From positions 20,508-84,507 of the IMG/VR virus record IMGVR_UViG_3300042469_000068: a stretch of 64,000 nt of DNA; one strand, written 5' to 3'. Position 1 is the first letter of the stretch. Each line of letters starts with the position of its first letter. Both the position numbers and the translations under genes were made by a program. This DNA comes from a virus (taxonomy: Duplodnaviria > Caudoviricetes). Under the pieces are notes generated by a model, which was not told the origin of the DNA, did no database searches, and saw only the letters and a list, made by a program, of their open reading frames with translations. Of this stretch, positions 46,801 to 57,419 are shown piece by piece.

Positions 46801-47787
46801 TTATTGATCTTCTATAACTGAGCAATGGAAAAGCGCAATTGAACTAGTTCCATAAGCATCCGTAAAAAGATTTGAATCAAGCACATGAGGACCTGATATA
46901 ACTTTAATCCTTGATCCTCTTGGAAGAAGTGTTTCTCTTTCGCCTGAATTGGCTGAAACAGCGTCAAGATATATTGCTTTTTGACCTTTTTTAAGTTCTA
47001 CCTGTAATACGACTGGTTGATCTTTATCTCCAACATCAGCAAATCCACCAATAGCAGTATTGAAATCTAGTGATGTAGAAACATATCCTCTAAAAACATA
47101 TTCACCACCAAGCTGAAACTTATCTGCGCTATAACGAGAACTAAGACCAGAATATACAGTATATGGAAATGGTGTTTGCGTCTCTTCAAAAGCGGAATCT
47201 AAAGTTTCTATTGTCCGATTTAAGTAATCGTCCTGTTCTTTTGTGGCGCCTTCATCATGTCCTTTATATAGGTATCTGTTTATATCTGCGTATCCATCAC
47301 CGGTATAATCTTCAATGGCTTGTAGTTCTGTTTCATCAAACATGTTTGGTTGATAAAATTTAAAAAGTTCCTTATCTACCGCATTAGCATCTTTGTATAG
47401 GTCTTTTAGTATTTTAGCGTCTTCTTTGCTTCTTTTGGAATTAACACCGGTATAGAAATCAGCATCTTTTCTAAGAAGATCAGCCTTACTTGGTTGTGTT
47501 GGTTGCCCCTTAGCAGTCGGACTTATGTTCTTCTTTTTAGATACAGGTTCACTTTGCTGCATTGTAGAAGCTTTATAATGCATTGAGTCAACATCATCTT
47601 GACTCTTATACGGAACAAGTCTATCGTCATGTACAAGATAAGCAAGTTTACCTTTTCTGTCAGCATAACGACCAAAACCCATATAAGTTAAACCCATCTT
47701 ACGAGCTTCTTTAGAGGCCGCAGTTTTAGGTTCTGCTTTAGCCTGAAGTGCTAAACTTTCATCTAGATATTCACCAAATTTCTTCAA
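46801..47787 (-). CDS. Alt/VIP2-like ADP-ribosyltransferase with capsid-targeting-like N-terminus
   Basis: AI.DYT..GY..INRYL, VYSG, YVSTS, ERETLLPRG; N-term MKKFGEYLDE. Confidence 0.8.
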   Translation of the reverse strand: MKKFGEYLDESLALQAKAEPKTAASKEARKMGLTYMGFGRYADRKGKLAYLVHDDRLVPYKSQDDVDSMHYKASTMQQSEPVSKKKNISPTAKGQPTQPSKADLLRKDADFYTGVNSKRSKEDAKILKDLYKDANAVDKELFKFYQPNMFDETELQAIEDYTGDGYADINRYLYKGHDEGATKEQDDYLNRTIETLDSAFEETQTPFPYTVYSGLSSRYSADKFQLGGEYVFRGYVSTSLDFNTAIGGFADVGDKDQPVVLQVELKKGQKAIYLDAVSANSGERETLLPRGSRIKVISGPHVLDSNLFTDAYGTSSIALFHCSVIEDQ

Positions 47788-49511
47788 CGAACTGGCTCCA
47801 AAGTATCATTTACAAAGCGTTGACGATTCTTTGTTTGCCCCATGTTAAGAGGATCCATTGTATCTTTACCTGTTCCATCTTGAACTGGCATTTGTTCCGG
47901 TGCTGCGCCTTGCTGAGCCGCATATTGCTGCATCATATTTTCAGTTGGTGTTGGTGGAACAATATTTGGTGTTGGTGGAGGCGGTGGTAAAGGATTACCC
48001 ATTTCATCTGTTGGAATTGGATTACCCTGCTCATCAACAGGTGTATTAGCTGCTTTTTCTTCTTCAATCTGTTGCATGATTTCTTCAATCTCTTCATCGT
48101 CCATTTGAAGAACGTTCTTACGAACCCATGCCATCGAATAATAACGACCAACGTATGGATCTACTAACTGAAGAGTTGTGATTCTATTTTGAAGGAGTTC
48201 GGCCTCTTTAAGTTCGGTAAAGTTGTTATCTTTCTTAAAGTCATACCAAATGTTTTCCTTAAATTCTTTCCATTCTTCTTCCGTGCAGATTTTCTTAAGC
48301 ACAAGCTGAAGTTTAAGCAACTCATCGAATAGTGTAGAGAATTTGTTACGAAGACGATTAACAAACTTTGTAAACTTTAGTTCGTCTCTTGTAATTTCTG
48401 TTGAACGACCAAGAGAGAATCCTTGAGATTGTTCCAAACGAGACATAGGAACGCCAAGAGATTTATATAGTTTCTTTTCAAAATACTTAACGTCTTCCAA
48501 CTCACCAAGGTTCATACCGCCTGGTAGAGTTGTGATTTCGGTACCTTTGCCACCTTCACGACGAGGCAGCCAGAAGTCTTCTAGCATGGAAAGATGCTTA
48601 CGGTCATCCTTGATTTCGCCAGTACTGGAATCATATACCAGCTTATTGCGATACTTGACCATAACATCGCGGAGATACTGTTCGGCCTTGATTGTTGGCA
48701 TGTTACCAACGTCAATATAGAATACTCTACGCTCGGGTGCGCGTGAGAGACGGTAGATGACTGTTGCGTCTTCTACCATACGTACTTGATTAAGTGGTTT
48801 GATTGCCTTGTGAAGATAAGAAAGAACCATAGCTCTCTTTGAGTCCATTAGTCCTGAATTGACGTTAACAACAGCGTCAATAGCAATTTTTGTGCCTAAG
48901 TTGGAATGGGCACCAATCATACCTCTTTCATTGTAGAGGTAGTATTCTTTCATGCTCTTAATAATTTCCATACCTGATTCGGTATCTTTTGCTTTTTGAA
49001 TTTCGCGGATCTTGCGAATACGGCGTGGATCAATGTATCTAAGTTCTTGAATGCCTTTAGCTGGCGACTTGTCATCGATGATAACGTGATAGAATAGTCT
49101 ACCATCCGTATACCAACGACGGAATAGTTCATGACCCATGTTACCAAAGTCTAGAAGCTTTAGAACATACTCAAACTCTTCTCTAATCTTTTTCTTGATA
49201 TTTTCTGGCTGTTTTAGTTCGTCGGTATCTATTTCAACACCAGATTCGGAATCATCATTAACAATTGCTTCATTGACAATTTCGTCAATTGCCGTTTCTA
49301 GTTCTGGCTGCATAGCCATTTCACGATAGCGAGTGATAAGTTCGATTTCGTTTCTAACAACACCGTCAAGATCGACATAGGTGCCATAATAAGCACCTGA
49401 TTGAATAGTTACAGCGCCGTCATCATTCTGTGGCAGCGCGAAAGACTTATTCTTTTCTTCTTGATCTTGTTGTTTCTTGCGACTTATCTCAAAGCCAAAA
49501 AGTTGGACCAT
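47784..49511 (-). CDS. gp20: portal protein gp20
   Basis: FRRWY.DGR, YLHKAIKP.NQ, YRLSRAPERRVFYIDVGN, EDFWLPRREGG.GTEI.TLPGG. Confidence 0.97.
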   Translation of the reverse strand: MVQLFGFEISRKKQQDQEEKNKSFALPQNDDGAVTIQSGAYYGTYVDLDGVVRNEIELITRYREMAMQPELETAIDEIVNEAIVNDDSESGVEIDTDELKQPENIKKKIREEFEYVLKLLDFGNMGHELFRRWYTDGRLFYHVIIDDKSPAKGIQELRYIDPRRIRKIREIQKAKDTESGMEIIKSMKEYYLYNERGMIGAHSNLGTKIAIDAVVNVNSGLMDSKRAMVLSYLHKAIKPLNQVRMVEDATVIYRLSRAPERRVFYIDVGNMPTIKAEQYLRDVMVKYRNKLVYDSSTGEIKDDRKHLSMLEDFWLPRREGGKGTEITTLPGGMNLGELEDVKYFEKKLYKSLGVPMSRLEQSQGFSLGRSTEITRDELKFTKFVNRLRNKFSTLFDELLKLQLVLKKICTEEEWKEFKENIWYDFKKDNNFTELKEAELLQNRITTLQLVDPYVGRYYSMAWVRKNVLQMDDEEIEEIMQQIEEEKAANTPVDEQGNPIPTDEMGNPLPPPPPTPNIVPPTPTENMMQQYAAQQGAAPEQMPVQDGTGKDTMDPLNMGQTKNRQRFVNDTLEPVR

Positions 49512-49567
49512 TACTCACTCCAGTTTGAATGGGTGGAGATTTCTCCCCACCCTGTTATATAATATAA

Positions 49568-50167
49568 TTATACAAGTCCCAGACCAGCACTTGGGCCGGC
49601 CTGAGTTGTATCTGTAGTAGACCTTGATGCTGGATTTGTAGATTCCCACCACTGGTAAGCAAATGTTACAGCAAACTCTTCGATTGAATCATTTGCTGAC
49701 CAATCTAGTTCGATTGGACTTACGTCGATTGGGAACAGTCCTACGAACTTATATTCCTTAATGACGTTACCAGCCTTACCAAATTGAGTTATATAACCAT
49801 CTTTTTGGTAAGAAAGTGGACTTACAAGATTACGAAGATTGCTAACATGTGAATTAAGTGAACTCATCCACTTTTCAAATGTGTTACGGATCTTAAAATC
49901 TTCATCATTGATGATTGTAACTGTCCATTCTGAGAACACGCGATTACCCGAAAACTTTAGTTCACGACCAAAGTAGTTTACAGGAACACTGTTTACAGTT
50001 GAGCCTGGAAGCTGTGCTGCTCTACACATGAAGTTGAAAGCAACTTCGGAACCAGTTTCACCATTTACATTTACTGTTAAGTCTGGAATGGTACAAGCAA
50101 ACAAGTTTGGTCTTGCACCATCTCCTACCATTTGTGATCTAAAGTTAGCTACGTTAAACTCTGCCAT
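49568..50167 (-). CDS. gp19: tail tube protein gp19
   Basis: GARPNLF, CRAAQLPG, W.VTIINDEDF, IEEF.VTFAYQWW. Confidence 0.93.
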   Translation of the reverse strand: MAEFNVANFRSQMVGDGARPNLFACTIPDLTVNVNGETGSEVAFNFMCRAAQLPGSTVNSVPVNYFGRELKFSGNRVFSEWTVTIINDEDFKIRNTFEKWMSSLNSHVSNLRNLVSPLSYQKDGYITQFGKAGNVIKEYKFVGLFPIDVSPIELDWSANDSIEEFAVTFAYQWWESTNPASRSTTDTTQAGPSAGLGLV

Positions 50168-50206
50168 TTTATTCTCCTCTGAATCTATTTATGTTCATTT
50201 TATTAA

Positions 50207-52189
50207 TTAAAACTTACCAACGATTTCATCAAAGGCAACACCAGTTCTAACAGCCACAAAGTTAAGCTGAATGAAGTTGATGCTTCTAGCAGGCTTGATG
50301 TAGATATCACCAATAAATTCGTTGCGGTCGATAACCTCTGGAGTGTTATTGGTCTGATCGCAAACTACACGGTACTGGTAAATACCACGACGGCCTTGTA
50401 CATCACGAAGATATGGTTCTACAAGCGAAATGAACTGTGCGCGTGTAAATTCGTCATTGAACTCAAATAGTGAGTACTTAGCTGCTCTAGCAATTGCCTT
50501 TTCAAGGACAATAAACAGTCTACGAACGTTGATACGATCAAAAGCTGATGGACGAGCAAGAAGTGTCTTATCGCCATATAGAACTGTTCCTTCGCCTGGG
50601 AAAGATACAATTGGATTAACGCCCTTCTTGTATAGTTCATCACGATCTGTCTTACTTGGATTCCAAGCAAGCTTTGTTACGTTCTTGATCTGGCCGCGAT
50701 TGAATCCAGCTGGTGAATACCATGGATCACGTTCAAAGTCTGTTCTTACACACAGACCAGCAATATCACCGTTCATTGGTACCCAACGATAAACATTGTT
50801 GTACTTGTCGAACTGATACTTCCAATTTGAGTCCATCACAGCATATGATGATGAATTAAACATATTTCTGTAAGCTGTGATCTGAGTTGTTTCTTGACCC
50901 GCTCTGTTAACAACGTTTGCCATTAGGGGTGAAATGAATGCTACGCAATCTTTACGTGATTCAACAATGTTGTCAACAAGGTATTCAGCAACAGTTGAAG
51001 ATGATGCGCCAGCCATAACAAGAGAAATATCAACTTCTTCGGCATTCTTGAACTTATCATAAGCTGAAATTAATTCTGCGTCAGTTACAGTTGCCGATGC
51101 GCCACTTGCTAATAATTTATTATATGAGTCGAGTGGTCCAGCATTAAACTGAGTATTTGCTGCTTGACTTCCCCAATTTGAATTAATAGCCTGAGCCTGT
51201 AATGTTACTGTTACTGTTGCTGTACCATTACCAGAAACGGACTGAGTAACGCCAGTTACTGTATCTCCTAAGCTATAACCAGTACCTCTATTGTTTACGG
51301 TAACACTGGTGTCGATATATCCGTTAGCATTTGCAGTGAACGATACGTTTGCACCACTTCCTGAACCACCAGAAAGAATGATAAATCCTGTGTCATTGTT
51401 ATCAAATTTGTTAGCGGTATTAGTTACGGCTGCTACTGAAGCAACATTATATGTGGTTCCTGATTGATGATTTACAATGTAAATAAATCTTGAACGATCA
51501 TTAATAACATTTACATAGTAGTTTGAAGAACCGTCATCATTCTTAGCATCTGAGGCTTTAGAAACGAAAGCAAACTTTTCTAGAACTGTATTTGGAGTTC
51601 CTGTAAAATTGCCTTTTTCATCAATAACGATGATATGCATTTCATCACTTGAACCACCGCGAAGACCAACAAAATTGGAAGTTCCTGGAATTGCGTCAAA
51701 TTGATTGGCATATGAAAGAGTGTTACTACTTTTCCAATTTGTCCAAGCATCTGCGTTTGCGCTATTAGCAAATATAGCAACACGAAGACCGTTGCCTTTA
51801 TCTCCAATATAACGAGCAGCAATAGTTGTATTTGCGTCTGCTCTAAATGGACTATTATAGTTATAGTTATACACATCTTCATTTTGGATCAACAAACCTA
51901 CACCGTCTGTTGCGTTTCTATCAAATGTTGAATTTGCTGCGCGTACAACCTTAAGATTTCTAGCATACGACAAGAAGTTTGCTGCTGTAAACCATGTTGC
52001 GAAGTTGTTAGAGTCTGGTTTACCAAAACGATCGGCCAACTCAACTTCGTTTGAAATTGTTATAATAGAATTAGCTGGGCCCCAATTAAATTGTCCTGCA
52101 ATAGCACCTTCTGTTGTTCCAACTGATGGAACAATGGTAGTAAGGTCATATTCAGATACATTTACACCTGGTGACAGTTGAAATGCCAT
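50207..52189 (-). CDS. gp18: tail sheath protein gp18
   Basis: SPGV...E.D, F.WGP, PW.SPAG.NRG, FDRINVRRLF, KPARSINFI.LNF. Confidence 0.97.
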   Translation of the reverse strand: MAFQLSPGVNVSEYDLTTIVPSVGTTEGAIAGQFNWGPANSIITISNEVELADRFGKPDSNNFATWFTAANFLSYARNLKVVRAANSTFDRNATDGVGLLIQNEDVYNYNYNSPFRADANTTIAARYIGDKGNGLRVAIFANSANADAWTNWKSSNTLSYANQFDAIPGTSNFVGLRGGSSDEMHIIVIDEKGNFTGTPNTVLEKFAFVSKASDAKNDDGSSNYYVNVINDRSRFIYIVNHQSGTTYNVASVAAVTNTANKFDNNDTGFIILSGGSGSGANVSFTANANGYIDTSVTVNNRGTGYSLGDTVTGVTQSVSGNGTATVTVTLQAQAINSNWGSQAANTQFNAGPLDSYNKLLASGASATVTDAELISAYDKFKNAEEVDISLVMAGASSSTVAEYLVDNIVESRKDCVAFISPLMANVVNRAGQETTQITAYRNMFNSSSYAVMDSNWKYQFDKYNNVYRWVPMNGDIAGLCVRTDFERDPWYSPAGFNRGQIKNVTKLAWNPSKTDRDELYKKGVNPIVSFPGEGTVLYGDKTLLARPSAFDRINVRRLFIVLEKAIARAAKYSLFEFNDEFTRAQFISLVEPYLRDVQGRRGIYQYRVVCDQTNNTPEVIDRNEFIGDIYIKPARSINFIQLNFVAVRTGVAFDEIVGKF

Positions 52190-52249
52190 AGTATCTCTCC
52201 TTTGTGAAGTGGATTATTCTTGTTGTTATTATTTAGAAAAATGAAGATT

Positions 52250-53905
52250 TTACAACTTTCTTTTCCAATTAAAGTCGTCCCAAGGATATCTCTTGGTTCT
52301 ATCCTCAAACCACACGTTTCCAAACTCGTCCACCTCATAGTCTGGGTTGTCAACACCATTATCTATGATAGGCAATGGTGTTAAATCTGTATCCATAATG
52401 TTCAATTGCTCTTGTTGGAGCGTAACTCTGATATCGTTATTGATGTTTTCTTTGAAATATCTTTGGGCAGTCAACCATCCGAAATGAACCAAAGTCATCA
52501 CAAGATCGTCGTTATTACCCTCTTCAGCCTTAAATGTCTGTTTATCAGCGGAAAAAGTGGTCAATTCTGTTATAGTTTCAGCATCATTTATGATCAGCTT
52601 ATCGCTTTCAATTAGTGTCTTCAGGTTGGTACAACCGATCATTTTTGTCTGCTTGGAGGTTTTTAGACCGTAAGCAATTCTCTTCTTGAAGCCCGGAGTC
52701 TGCTGTTGACCTTGTTTGCCCTTCAATTCGATCTTGATAAGGTTTTCGTAAGCAAGTTCAAAGTGTATGATATCCGATACCTGAAGTCCAATACTATTGA
52801 TTTCCACAAGCACGAAAGCATCATTATATAGCTTTGCTGTCTGGACAATGATCGTAGGGAACAAGAATGGTGATATCTTATTGTTTCTATACTTAGCTAC
52901 CTGTCTGTACGGTATCTCGGTAACATCAAAGATTGAGAATGTAGAGTAATCCAGCCCTTGCCCTTCGGCCACGTCCACACACATGGTATAAGTTCTGTTT
53001 GGCTGCGGCTCTTTGTATATATCAAAGTGCCCTTCGGATCTAACAGGATTGTGCCAGACAAGAGAGCGGAGTTTTGCTGGATGGATAAGAGTATTGGTAG
53101 AACCGATAAACTCACACTCGAACTCTTGACGGAACTGATCAGGGCTGGTGTTACGGATTGTCTGCTCTTTCCAAGCTTCGTCACGGCCTGGTACCATGCT
53201 CCAGTGAATTTCAATAGGAACATAATCGCTACGCTTCTCAGTGGCTTCTGTCCACATACGGTAGAACTGGTTGAGTCCGTTTGGTGTAGAAACAATGATA
53301 ACCTTGGTGCTTTGACCAGAAGAAATCGTAGGATAGGTAGACATGAAAAACGCTTCGGCAATATTGTTTGGAACGAACGCGAACTCGTCCAAGAATACGA
53401 TGTTGAACGAACGACCACGAACAGATGAGCCAGACGTTGAGTCTGCCATGATACGTGAGCCGTTAGCCAACTCAATGGAACCTTTATTCCATTCTTTTAC
53501 GCCTTGCTGTAGAAAACGAGGCAAATATTCGAAAGAAAGCTGAAGACGGCCTAAGATTTCGCGGGCCATCGCAGACTTGTTAGCCAGAACCGCCACGTTG
53601 ACGTTTTCGTTGAACAGAATGTAGTGTAGCAAATAAGCAACAGATGTTGTTGTCTTACCAACCTGACGCGGAAGTTTACAGATAGAGAAGCGATTGGTAT
53701 GGAACTTCATCAACATGTCCTGCTGGAAATCCCACATGCGGAATGGCATTAGACCATGATCAACGTTGATGATTTTCATATAGTTCATGGCAAAGTATAC
53801 AGGATCATTCGCACACTTTATGAACTCATCCATTTCTTTTTGAGTAAAAGCATGTCTAAAATCTTCGCGTGGAAGATTTGGGTTATTGTTATACCCTTTG
53901 GTCAC
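52250..53905 (-). CDS. gp17: terminase large subunit gp17
   Basis: PRQVGKTT, FLDEFAF, STPNG.N, DVAEG.G.DYS, DDLVM. Confidence 0.97.
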   Translation of the reverse strand: MTKGYNNNPNLPREDFRHAFTQKEMDEFIKCANDPVYFAMNYMKIINVDHGLMPFRMWDFQQDMLMKFHTNRFSICKLPRQVGKTTTSVAYLLHYILFNENVNVAVLANKSAMAREILGRLQLSFEYLPRFLQQGVKEWNKGSIELANGSRIMADSTSGSSVRGRSFNIVFLDEFAFVPNNIAEAFFMSTYPTISSGQSTKVIIVSTPNGLNQFYRMWTEATEKRSDYVPIEIHWSMVPGRDEAWKEQTIRNTSPDQFRQEFECEFIGSTNTLIHPAKLRSLVWHNPVRSEGHFDIYKEPQPNRTYTMCVDVAEGQGLDYSTFSIFDVTEIPYRQVAKYRNNKISPFLFPTIIVQTAKLYNDAFVLVEINSIGLQVSDIIHFELAYENLIKIELKGKQGQQQTPGFKKRIAYGLKTSKQTKMIGCTNLKTLIESDKLIINDAETITELTTFSADKQTFKAEEGNNDDLVMTLVHFGWLTAQRYFKENINNDIRVTLQQEQLNIMDTDLTPLPIIDNGVDNPDYEVDEFGNVWFEDRTKRYPWDDFNWKRKL

Positions 53906-54315
53906 TCTGACTTATTCTCTTTTATTTTCTTAAGCAAGTCGGCAGTAGTGCCTACAAAAATAGCTTTCTCTACATTAACCGCAGTTTCTTCTTTTTTATC
54001 GCCTCTTAGATCCTTAGTCTTCTTCTGTAGATCGTAAAGGTCTTTGGTAGTGTCAGCGACGGTTCTCATCATAGTGGCCAATACCTCATACGCGCGTGGA
54101 GATTCCGATTCTTTAGCAAGATCGGTTAGGCTTTCCATTGCGGAATTACCTTTATTGATAAGATCGCGGAATGTTCTACGCGAAAGATTATAATCGGCCT
54201 TGATATCATCATCTTCATGTGGAGTATTGATGATAGGTTCTGGTGCTTTTGGCGGTATAATCTCTACTGCGTTTTCAATACCAAGTGCTTCGCTTAATAC
54301 ATCATTATTCTTCAT
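53902..54315 (-). CDS. gp16: terminase small subunit gp16
   Basis: DY...R, ESESPRAYEV, IFVGTTADL. Confidence 0.92.
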   Translation of the reverse strand: MKNNDVLSEALGIENAVEIIPPKAPEPIINTPHEDDDIKADYNLSRRTFRDLINKGNSAMESLTDLAKESESPRAYEVLATMMRTVADTTKDLYDLQKKTKDLRGDKKEETAVNVEKAIFVGTTADLLKKIKENKSE

Positions 54316-55325
54316 TCTGTTTCAGGCCATTCTGTAATTGTTGTAGTATATCCGAAATCGTCTGTTGGCTCAGCATCAATTGGATCTGGTTCAATCTTGA
54401 TTTCAACCAACTTGAGAGGGTTTACTTCGAAGCTGGATATCGTGCTAACAGCATTTGTTGATACCGCTCTGATTGTATTATTTACAACAAATTGTCCTTG
54501 TGCGCCGCCTAACACCAGTTTTAAGTTATTTCTGTCCCACTCTAACACATATCCATAAGCATTTGCTGTATTATAATTTGAACCCTGATAAACAACATCA
54601 TCAAGCTTAAAATTGCCATTTCCAGCAGGTTGCGTGACATTAAGTCTAACGATATTGCCAGCCTTTAAACTCTCATCATTATAGATATTGGCAAATACCT
54701 TGCGAATAATTTTTGGTAACTGGACTGGGCCATAGTAATTGGCTTTCATGGTAAAGTTTAGAGTCCACGAAACATAACGAACAGCATCAAAGTTTCCTTC
54801 GTGTTCAATTATGTTTGAGACTGAGTTTAGGATAATAGGAACATCTTTCTTGAATCCTAATGCTGGAATAGTTTCAACGGTAACAGTATAGTCGGGATTA
54901 AAGTATGGTATAATCTGCTCTATGATATGTGTTCCATCGTCCACGTTTCTAGCGTAGATTTGTAGATCAAAAGACAAGTCATAGGGCACACCCATATACT
55001 GTGTGGCACCTCTTGTAGCAGTATTAGCAGCAACTCCTGATCTTAATAGAGAGTTCTGTTTTCTAGAGGAGTCATAAGCAAAGTTAGTCAACTCAAAAGA
55101 CATACGAGGCAGAATAACCTGGACTGGTCTTTCCAAATCAGGATCCGCTCTTAGACGAGCATAGTACTTTTCTTTTGGAGCATAAACAATAGGAACCTTA
55201 AATCTTTCTATCTCAACTCCACTATTTTTGTTTACTCTTTTGATAGTAATGTTGTTGAACATATTACCAAAAAGAATAACATACTTTCGTGTTAGCTGAT
55301 GATAGAAATAAGCATTACTTAACAT
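54312..55325 (-). CDS. gp15: tail sheath stabiliser/terminator gp15
   Basis: YFYH...RKY...FG.MFN, VPI.YAPKEK, LPRMSFE, EQI.PYF.P. Confidence 0.92.
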   Translation of the reverse strand: MLSNAYFYHQLTRKYVILFGNMFNNITIKRVNKNSGVEIERFKVPIVYAPKEKYYARLRADPDLERPVQVILPRMSFELTNFAYDSSRKQNSLLRSGVAANTATRGATQYMGVPYDLSFDLQIYARNVDDGTHIIEQIIPYFNPDYTVTVETIPALGFKKDVPIILNSVSNIIEHEGNFDAVRYVSWTLNFTMKANYYGPVQLPKIIRKVFANIYNDESLKAGNIVRLNVTQPAGNGNFKLDDVVYQGSNYNTANAYGYVLEWDRNNLKLVLGGAQGQFVVNNTIRAVSTNAVSTISSFEVNPLKLVEIKIEPDPIDAEPTDDFGYTTTITEWPETE

Positions 55326-56197
55326 TACGGTACTCCAAATGGATTGATTTCGGACAAGTCAATAAACGTATCAGCTTCAGTTTGAATGATACGATTATCG
55401 GAATCATCATAATCTACCAAATCTGCTAGAGTGTCCGAACTTGCTAATCTGTATGTTGTATTTGATTGAGTGCCTATAACGTTGGCGTTTGCTGTAAACT
55501 CGCCCTTAACATTAATAACTTCAATTACTTTGGTTTCTGGAATCCAATGTTTAGCTTCGGCTGAGGCAGTAGCATAAGCAAGATTTGAACCTTGATATAC
55601 AATTTCGTTTTTAAAGTAGTTTCCTGTGCCTGTACCAAGTGTTAGCGATACAGTGTAGGCCGCCGCATGTTCGATATCATCAATTACTTCATCACCTGTC
55701 TCGAAATCTTCATTGCTGAAGCGGAATACTTCACAACGCAATTCGTAGATATATGGTGCTCTCTTACCGAGCGAGAAAAACATTAATTCTTCTTCAACGA
55801 ACTTTATTTCAAAAATCTTGTTAAGAACTGGAACAAACAATAGATCGCCTTCGCGCGGTCTTATTGCTATATTGGAAGGCATATATCGCTCAAACGCTCT
55901 GCGAGATACAACAAAGTTAGATGTGTCTCGAATTTCTAATCCAAACTTTGAGAAGAAGTCTCCATCGCCTTCGTAACCCTCGACGTTGGCCAAATACATT
56001 TCCATGCCATACGCGCGTGTGAACTTAGAGTTGACGCTTTCACCAAGAACGTCATCAGCCTGATCGTAAACTTCACGTGGAAGATACTTGATATCATGCC
56101 CCATGATTTGGATTGATTCTACAATCAAATCCTCAAGGAGCATATTCTCATTTATAACAGATGGAGAATAGTTGTTGAAGTATACTGAGGTTGCCAT
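55325..56197 (-). CDS. gp14: neck protein gp14
   Basis: L..ESIQI.G.D..YLPR, FSKFGLEIRD, RPREGDL, NPFG. Confidence 0.93.
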   Translation of the reverse strand: MATSVYFNNYSPSVINENMLLEDLIVESIQIMGHDIKYLPREVYDQADDVLGESVNSKFTRAYGMEMYLANVEGYEGDGDFFSKFGLEIRDTSNFVVSRRAFERYMPSNIAIRPREGDLLFVPVLNKIFEIKFVEEELMFFSLGKRAPYIYELRCEVFRFSNEDFETGDEVIDDIEHAAAYTVSLTLGTGTGNYFKNEIVYQGSNLAYATASAEAKHWIPETKVIEVINVKGEFTANANVIGTQSNTTYRLASSDTLADLVDYDDSDNRIIQTEADTFIDLSEINPFGVP

Positions 56198-56200
56198 TGA

Positions 56201-56941
56201 TTACCCCATTATGAAGTTTGGTGGTTCTTCGTAGGTATCACGAATCAACTGTTCAACTTCAGTAATTTCTGCGGTTGCTTCATCATAGATTTGTTGACCA
56301 TTCATTGTGATGCCGCCAGGAAGTTGCATTCCGCCAAACTTCTTCATGTTATTGCCCCAAACGCGCTTAATGTAAGCTGTCGTTAGACGCTTGAGCATAC
56401 GATCATTCCAAACGTCGGTATAAGTAGATGGATTGATAATGATATATCCTTCAATAACCAACCATTCTCCTACTTGATTCATTGCCCAGTTCATATCAAG
56501 GTAAAGTTTGTTTGTGTGGCGATTGAATCGAATTGGTTGCTCACCAGAGAACATCATGTCTAGTGTTCTAATATGCTGTTGTGTTAGAACATAGTTCACA
56601 TATGATGTGCTTGTAAAATCATACAACTCATGAAGACGCAACTGATATCGAAGGTCAAACATGTTGACAGATGCGTTTGTTGTTGAAATTGGAAATATTC
56701 TAGTTACACCAATGATATTTTCTGTAATTGGAATATATTGATTTGTCATATCTTCAGCAGTAAGTTGATGCTTTAGATACCAACGCTCGACTCCATCAAA
56801 GTGAAAATCTTGAAAGTATTGTAAAGACGCATCCACACAGTCATCTACCTGGTCATCATCCACGTTTATGTTGATAACAGGATGCCCTAGTTGTCTAAGG
56901 CACCAATCTTTGTGCTGGTCTCTATTTGATGGAATTGCCAT
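56201..56941 (-). CDS. gp13: neck protein gp13
   Basis: CLRQLG.PVININV..DQ..D, WG.N..KF.G.QLPGG...NG; TATAAATA at 56961-56968. Confidence 0.93.
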   Translation of the reverse strand: MAIPSNRDQHKDWCLRQLGHPVININVDDDQVDDCVDASLQYFQDFHFDGVERWYLKHQLTAEDMTNQYIPITENIIGVTRIFPISTTNASVNMFDLRYQLRLHELYDFTSTSYVNYVLTQQHIRTLDMMFSGEQPIRFNRHTNKLYLDMNWAMNQVGEWLVIEGYIIINPSTYTDVWNDRMLKRLTTAYIKRVWGNNMKKFGGMQLPGGITMNGQQIYDEATAEITEVEQLIRDTYEEPPNFIMG

Positions 56942-56963
56942 TTATATACCTCTTTTAGAGTAT

Positions 56964-57410
56964 TTATATATATGGCGGCTTCGGATACTTGTCTTTCACT
57001 GCTTGGATCTTAGTCAAAATATCTTGATATTCAACAGAATCTATGCCTTTTGATATGCCACCTAACTGATCTCCCATAACAGGATATTCATTTCTGCGTA
57101 GAGCGTAGTAATCAGGATAATCTGGTTTTACTACCTCTTCTTTAGCAATGTCTACAACTGTTTCTTCCATTGTTATCCGATTAAACTCGATTCTTGTTTT
57201 AGGTTCCAATGCGGCCCACTGAGCTTCTTTGTAATCTATTTCAGCATAAATTCTAGTTTCCATAGAAGCTAGAGAATCGGCAATATCTACTCCTTGTGTA
57301 GTATATACCATCCAGTTATAAGTATTTCCATTATGAACAACTTCAATATGAGCAATATCTCTTGTTTCTGGTGCCGGTGGTGTAAATATACCTTTTAATT
57401 CTACAGTCAT
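56964..57410 (-). CDS. hypothetical protein, tail-fibre assembly chaperone-like C-terminus
   Basis: Y...R..EYP...DQL......I.AVKDKYPKP. Confidence 0.55.
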   Translation of the reverse strand: MTVELKGIFTPPAPETRDIAHIEVVHNGNTYNWMVYTTQGVDIADSLASMETRIYAEIDYKEAQWAALEPKTRIEFNRITMEETVVDIAKEEVVKPDYPDYYALRRNEYPVMGDQLGGISKGIDSVEYQDILTKIQAVKDKYPKPPYI

Positions 57411-57419
57411 GCTATCTCC

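Noticed and set aside
49531-49552. Hairpin between gp19 and gp20 as a strong terminator
   Set aside because: The stem GGGTGG.../...CCACCC lacks a U-tract; more likely an mRNA stability or partial attenuation element, so it is not called.
33610-53905. Introns or inteins in gp46, uvsW, gp23, gp20, gp18, gp17
   Set aside because: All ORFs are continuous and of normal length, with no intein motifs seen.
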